The translations under genes were made by a program, and so were the position numbers. A DNA stretch of 64,000 nt from a virus. The DNA lies in the IMG/VR virus record IMGVR_UViG_3300031787_000065, positions 1 through 64,000 of that record, one strand, 5' to 3'. This document shows positions 61,801 through 64,000 of this stretch, piece after piece. The notes beneath the pieces were generated by a model. That model was not told the origin of the DNA. It did no database searches and saw nothing but the letters and a program-made list of their open reading frames with translations. Numbering within the stretch: the stretch's first letter is position 1; the number at the start of each line of letters is the position of its first letter.

Positions 61801-62071
61801 TAAGAGAAGCGAAACCAAAAGCAGAATTATCTATACTAAAATAACCATTTAAAGATAAATTTTCTATAGTATAATGCCCAGCCCTAGTGGTTCTAGTGGC
61901 GGGAGAAGAAAAGTTATTAGTATCTAACTCATTGTTTTGAAGTAATACAGCTACTGAATCTATAATATCTAACAGATTATGACGTATATCGTATGGCGAT
62001 ATTTGTCCAGTAGAATTATCAGATAGCTCAGTAAGTATGTTCTCAACAAGTTGGGACTTGCTTAAAATCAT
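58862..62071 (-). CDS. long fibre protein with two beta-helix/YadA-like repeat blocks (1069 aa)
   Basis: 14-residue N(T/V)A(V/I)G..(S/A)L repeats in two blocks; N-terminal DNSTGQISPYDIR module. Confidence 0.75.
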   Translation of the reverse strand: MILSKSQLVENILTELSDNSTGQISPYDIRHNLLDIIDSVAVLLQNNELDTNNFSSPATRTTRAGHYTIENLSLNGYFSIDNSAFGFASLKSNYQGSRNTAVGSHSLSCNVYGEDNAAVGYNALGGNTNGFGNVGLGNYSLINNKIGNFNVAIGHGAGYYVDRFTSNKLFIASHPVDDSYICSNPNGSGLVPLLYGDFGAKKVGINTNTLNSNGTLEVNGDITPSSGNISSLGNSSYRWNNLHTNYISFNSGVYLSADENIITNTNIVSNNNNSSIGTLSQPWSGGYFDNIVVNGVATFNRFNAYETCEYYCKTIHLASSGVVETLDGGGPTSIYDYAYQSPLIYECSLITDEQMLGAGIIASTSGTGYRRDYRFTFLPPSSGLQCDTNGYAQASWYTNTTLAIDSGAYLRTNRIVSYDNNCHGLFFDGGNTYIGRKNILDARPSSSSGNIAGLGNVNFISNSGIINDYVTSIASLESGVSVSTRMITGAKRRVKDSLNNNKDILTGFELKFIDTSSQNLSIPSDRFVIGSYNNSSNMFNTISLMKDGSQGIFGINGLGVLSENIVPKTALDIRTTGNAIIRATAENQSKTIAALQLFGEQSYEYNGIEIAYLNTSGVADLSIYKDSGKQVFFRLYDNNTVGLFTSSGTSNAMLTLGDNFRNTAAISLKDYSGSPTATSTYGKLFVKPKIADYQAQSVFFMDGSGNTHDLIINKFDVNDARLLFTDNFENTFGGLQSPRTRILSGANGNTTLGHRSLYSISNGDFNIAIGSHAASGLITGSNNTIIGPYSARSISTGSNNIVIGNSGFNNTINSASHNIVIGNNSIGNNTSGNYNFILGAQHNLVLLQGTLGPTDQDKQLSLPSGGKLNIFDNTNADALGLRANIIEVQDFSGNNYPDNTLSFRFKGNSSADLLTLKHHVAPLSKTPNYNSDSNDIPHADLRGDLRLLGSVRFSDGTSLDSSSQITNLNAQVATVSGQISTINSVLSSIFIEGNVSRDISSPQDPSVPTSGNLIVRDSHWYDVGTINLVNRDKTLHISAGDYVIAIKINNEYRPVWVSTQSAPCPNFGN

Positions 62072-62072
62072 T

Positions 62073-62765
62073 CTACTTTAAACTTATTTCTAAAGAATTA
62101 ATGTCGAACTTAATATTATCGCCAGTATAAATATATCGTGGATTTTCTATCTTTGCATACATTAATAAATTACCAGAACCATAATTAGCAGTATCTACAA
62201 TGGCTATGCCAGAAACCCATCCCCAATCTGTTAGGGCGGTATCAAATACTATCTGAGAAGAATTCTTTATAAATCCATTTCCATCATACTTAGCATAACC
62301 GGGATCGCCACTCATTGCTGTTTGCTGTAGGTTTGTTGGGGCGTGGAATGTTACATTGGGAAATTCTCTAAATCTATATGATTGAGTAAATCCATTAGAG
62401 GCTGTTAACGCCGTAGACTGATTTAAATAGAGTGGGTAGAAATAACCGCTTTGACCAACGGTTGCTCCAGACGAACTTGTTCCATAAACAGAGAAAACTG
62501 TAGTATCATCTACTCCAACAGCATTCCAGACATTATTACCAGCAGTAGCTGGATTACCTAAATTAATTCTTTTATAGTTTGTTGTAACGAAATTGGTTCC
62601 TCTGTTGACGCCAGAGGGTAATTCTGGTATAGTAGAACCAGAATCTGAATCTAGTGGAACGCCACTAGTAAGAGCAATTGCAATAGTAGAGGGTCTATTA
62701 AACGCTGTATTTCTAAAGATATGATTAAGTAGACCCGACTCCAAATAATCCGATAATGCTGCCAT
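62073..62765 (-). CDS. minor virion structural protein
   Basis: ALSDYLE..LLNH.FR...N...I.F..A..DWG....AI.D...GNLL, a common phage virion family pattern. Confidence 0.7.
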   Translation of the reverse strand: MAALSDYLESGLLNHIFRNTAFNRPSTIAIALTSGVPLDSDSGSTIPELPSGVNRGTNFVTTNYKRINLGNPATAGNNVWNAVGVDDTTVFSVYGTSSSGATVGQSGYFYPLYLNQSTALTASNGFTQSYRFREFPNVTFHAPTNLQQTAMSGDPGYAKYDGNGFIKNSSQIVFDTALTDWGWVSGIAIVDTANYGSGNLLMYAKIENPRYIYTGDNIKFDINSLEISLK

Positions 62766-62800
62766 AATTTTCTCCTAATTAGAGTCGCATAGACTTCTTC

Positions 62801-62816
62801 TAGTTTAGTATACACG
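62801..62816 (-). promoter_or_regulatory. phage promoter motif CGTGTATA-N6-TA
   Basis: Minus strand CGTGTATACTAAACTAG, directly after the MCP terminator U-tract. Confidence 0.65.
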
Positions 62817-62848
62817 AAAAAAGCCACCCCCAATAAAATGAGGGTGGC
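62817..62848 (-). terminator. intrinsic terminator after the major capsid gene
   Basis: Minus strand GCCACCC-tcattttattgg-GGGTGGC-TTTTTT. Confidence 0.85.
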
Positions 62849-62880
62849 CTTAATCTGATTTCTAGAACTCTAATCTTAGA

Positions 62881-63888
62881 TTAGAAAGAACCTAGAATTA
62901 CTCTTCGGTTATCAAGAACACCGAAACCAAGTTCTGACCAACCGTAGTAGCCAGCGCGCTGCTGACGGTGTAGGGTTGGATCTTCGAATACTTGGAGTTG
63001 CTCCTTAACGGGCATTACGAAACTATCACTGGTTGACTGGTCAAGACCAACAACGAGTTCTAGATCGCTAGACTGTAGAGCGCCACCGAGATCCGATGTT
63101 ACGAAGTTCTGATATTCCTGACCTTCGCCTAGTTCGTCAAGATCATGAAGATTGACGCCGAAGATTCTTGTGATTACAGCGCTACCTGGAGCAGCGGTGT
63201 AAATTTCTCTTCGTGTTACTTCATCAACTTGGTCTAGACCCCAGTTACGAACATCTTCTAGAGCTTCTGGACTAACGTAGAGGTCAGTTAAACGACCACG
63301 GCCCACAGAAGCACTATTACCACCAGAGTTACGACGCATTACGGTCTGCATAAGAGAAACTAGTCTCTTGCTGAAAAGACCGGCTGTAGCATCAGCGTCA
63401 TAAACGAGGATGTTACGATCAACGCCAGCAGCTAGAAGTGTGTGCCAGCCATCATCGTTCATCTTCTTTGTAAAACCGGCTTCCATGACCTGCATGGCGC
63501 GACCAACGATATCCCATCTGGCTTCGCGAGCATAGCGAAGTAGATAGTCTACAGAAGATGTGATGCTATATGTTGGGATCATCACATAATCGCTCTCAAC
63601 AGATCTTTCTGGAATTCTACCGTGGCCAGGATTGGTGTAAGCGACATGCTCACCCTCAAGGCCGGGAGAAACTAGATCAAGAGGATACTCTGTTGTAGAA
63701 CCGGCTTCAACATTAATGGTTTCGAAAATGTTACCAAGAATGTTACCAACGAGAACGCCCTTACGAAGGGGTAGTTCTAGAGCCTTGGCAAACTCATGCT
63801 GAGCAGCCGCAGCAACATTCACATCGGCATCCCCTGACTTACGTAGGAGAGCGATAAACTCATCGCTAGGTCTTTTATTAATTGGCAT
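62881..63888 (-). CDS. major capsid protein (probable HK97 fold)
   Basis: 335 aa; strong AAGGAG SD, biased codon use, followed by a terminator; ends GYYGW.E.GFGVLD.R.V. Confidence 0.85.
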   Translation of the reverse strand: MPINKRPSDEFIALLRKSGDADVNVAAAAQHEFAKALELPLRKGVLVGNILGNIFETINVEAGSTTEYPLDLVSPGLEGEHVAYTNPGHGRIPERSVESDYVMIPTYSITSSVDYLLRYAREARWDIVGRAMQVMEAGFTKKMNDDGWHTLLAAGVDRNILVYDADATAGLFSKRLVSLMQTVMRRNSGGNSASVGRGRLTDLYVSPEALEDVRNWGLDQVDEVTRREIYTAAPGSAVITRIFGVNLHDLDELGEGQEYQNFVTSDLGGALQSSDLELVVGLDQSTSDSFVMPVKEQLQVFEDPTLHRQQRAGYYGWSELGFGVLDNRRVILGSF

Positions 63889-63917
63889 GTTTAAATCTCC
63901 TTTGTTTAATTTATTAG

Positions 63918-64000
63918 TCAGGGAAGGTTAACTTCTACTTTGGCATAACCGTCTTCATCCTTTGTTGAAAGGAAACGGCCAACCATTAGTACGCCAGAAC
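63918..64000 (-). CDS. 3' end of a probable capsid decoration protein (partial)
   Basis: Reads SGVLMVGRFLSTKDEDGYAKVEVNLP then TGA; directly upstream of the MCP. Confidence 0.55.
   Translation of the reverse strand, partial: SGVLMVGRFLSTKDEDGYAKVEVNLP

Noticed and set aside
1856-62833. Short antisense or nested ORFs in the track (e.g. 1856-2155, 4059-4493, 48469-48855, 59640-59951)
   Set aside because: They shadow long genes with recognisable motifs and show no motifs or RBS of their own
1-64000. CRISPR array, tRNA, rRNA, or DGR template/variable repeat pair
   Set aside because: Intergenic gaps are under ~120 bp, and no spaced repeats, cloverleafs or reverse transcriptase were seen; not computationally scanned
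1-64000. Stop-codon reassignment
   Set aside because: Coding density is near complete under the standard code, and TAA, TAG and TGA all end genes at sensible places

Overview
The window is a 64 kb slice of a large, AT-rich tailed dsDNA phage genome (Caudoviricetes) read with the standard genetic code. I found no tRNA, rRNA or CRISPR array. There are two convergent arms meeting at a terminator at ~19248-19281. The + arm (1-19241) carries the end of a dNMP kinase, three free-standing endonucleases (HNH-like, GIY-YIG, DUF559/Vsr-like), a Cas4/AddB-like nuclease, SSB and a probable Rad52-like annealing protein. It also encodes a DnaE polymerase split into two genes around a DEDDh exonuclease, and about nine glycosyltransferase or sugar-modification genes, several apparently degenerate. 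The - arm (19285-64000) is the virion operon: capsid decoration (partial), major capsid, fibres, neck/tail-completion genes, tail tube (no sheath seen), probable chaperones, a 2283-aa tape measure and very large tail-tip proteins. Main leads: (1) a probable virion O-glycosylation system, with the GT cluster matched by strong Ser-Gly enrichment and mucin-like poly-Thr tracts in outer virion proteins; (2) an intein-less split DnaE; (3) a tape measure with globular inserts bounded by FAxGG motifs, one nuclease-like; (4) a 7-repeat FG-GAP protein with a DxSxS insert, resembling an integrin alpha chain; (5) a phage promoter motif, CGTGTATW-N6-TR, that also sits in or beside RBS-occluding hairpins ahead of two homing endonucleases. 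All family assignments are by eye from motifs; no searches were run.
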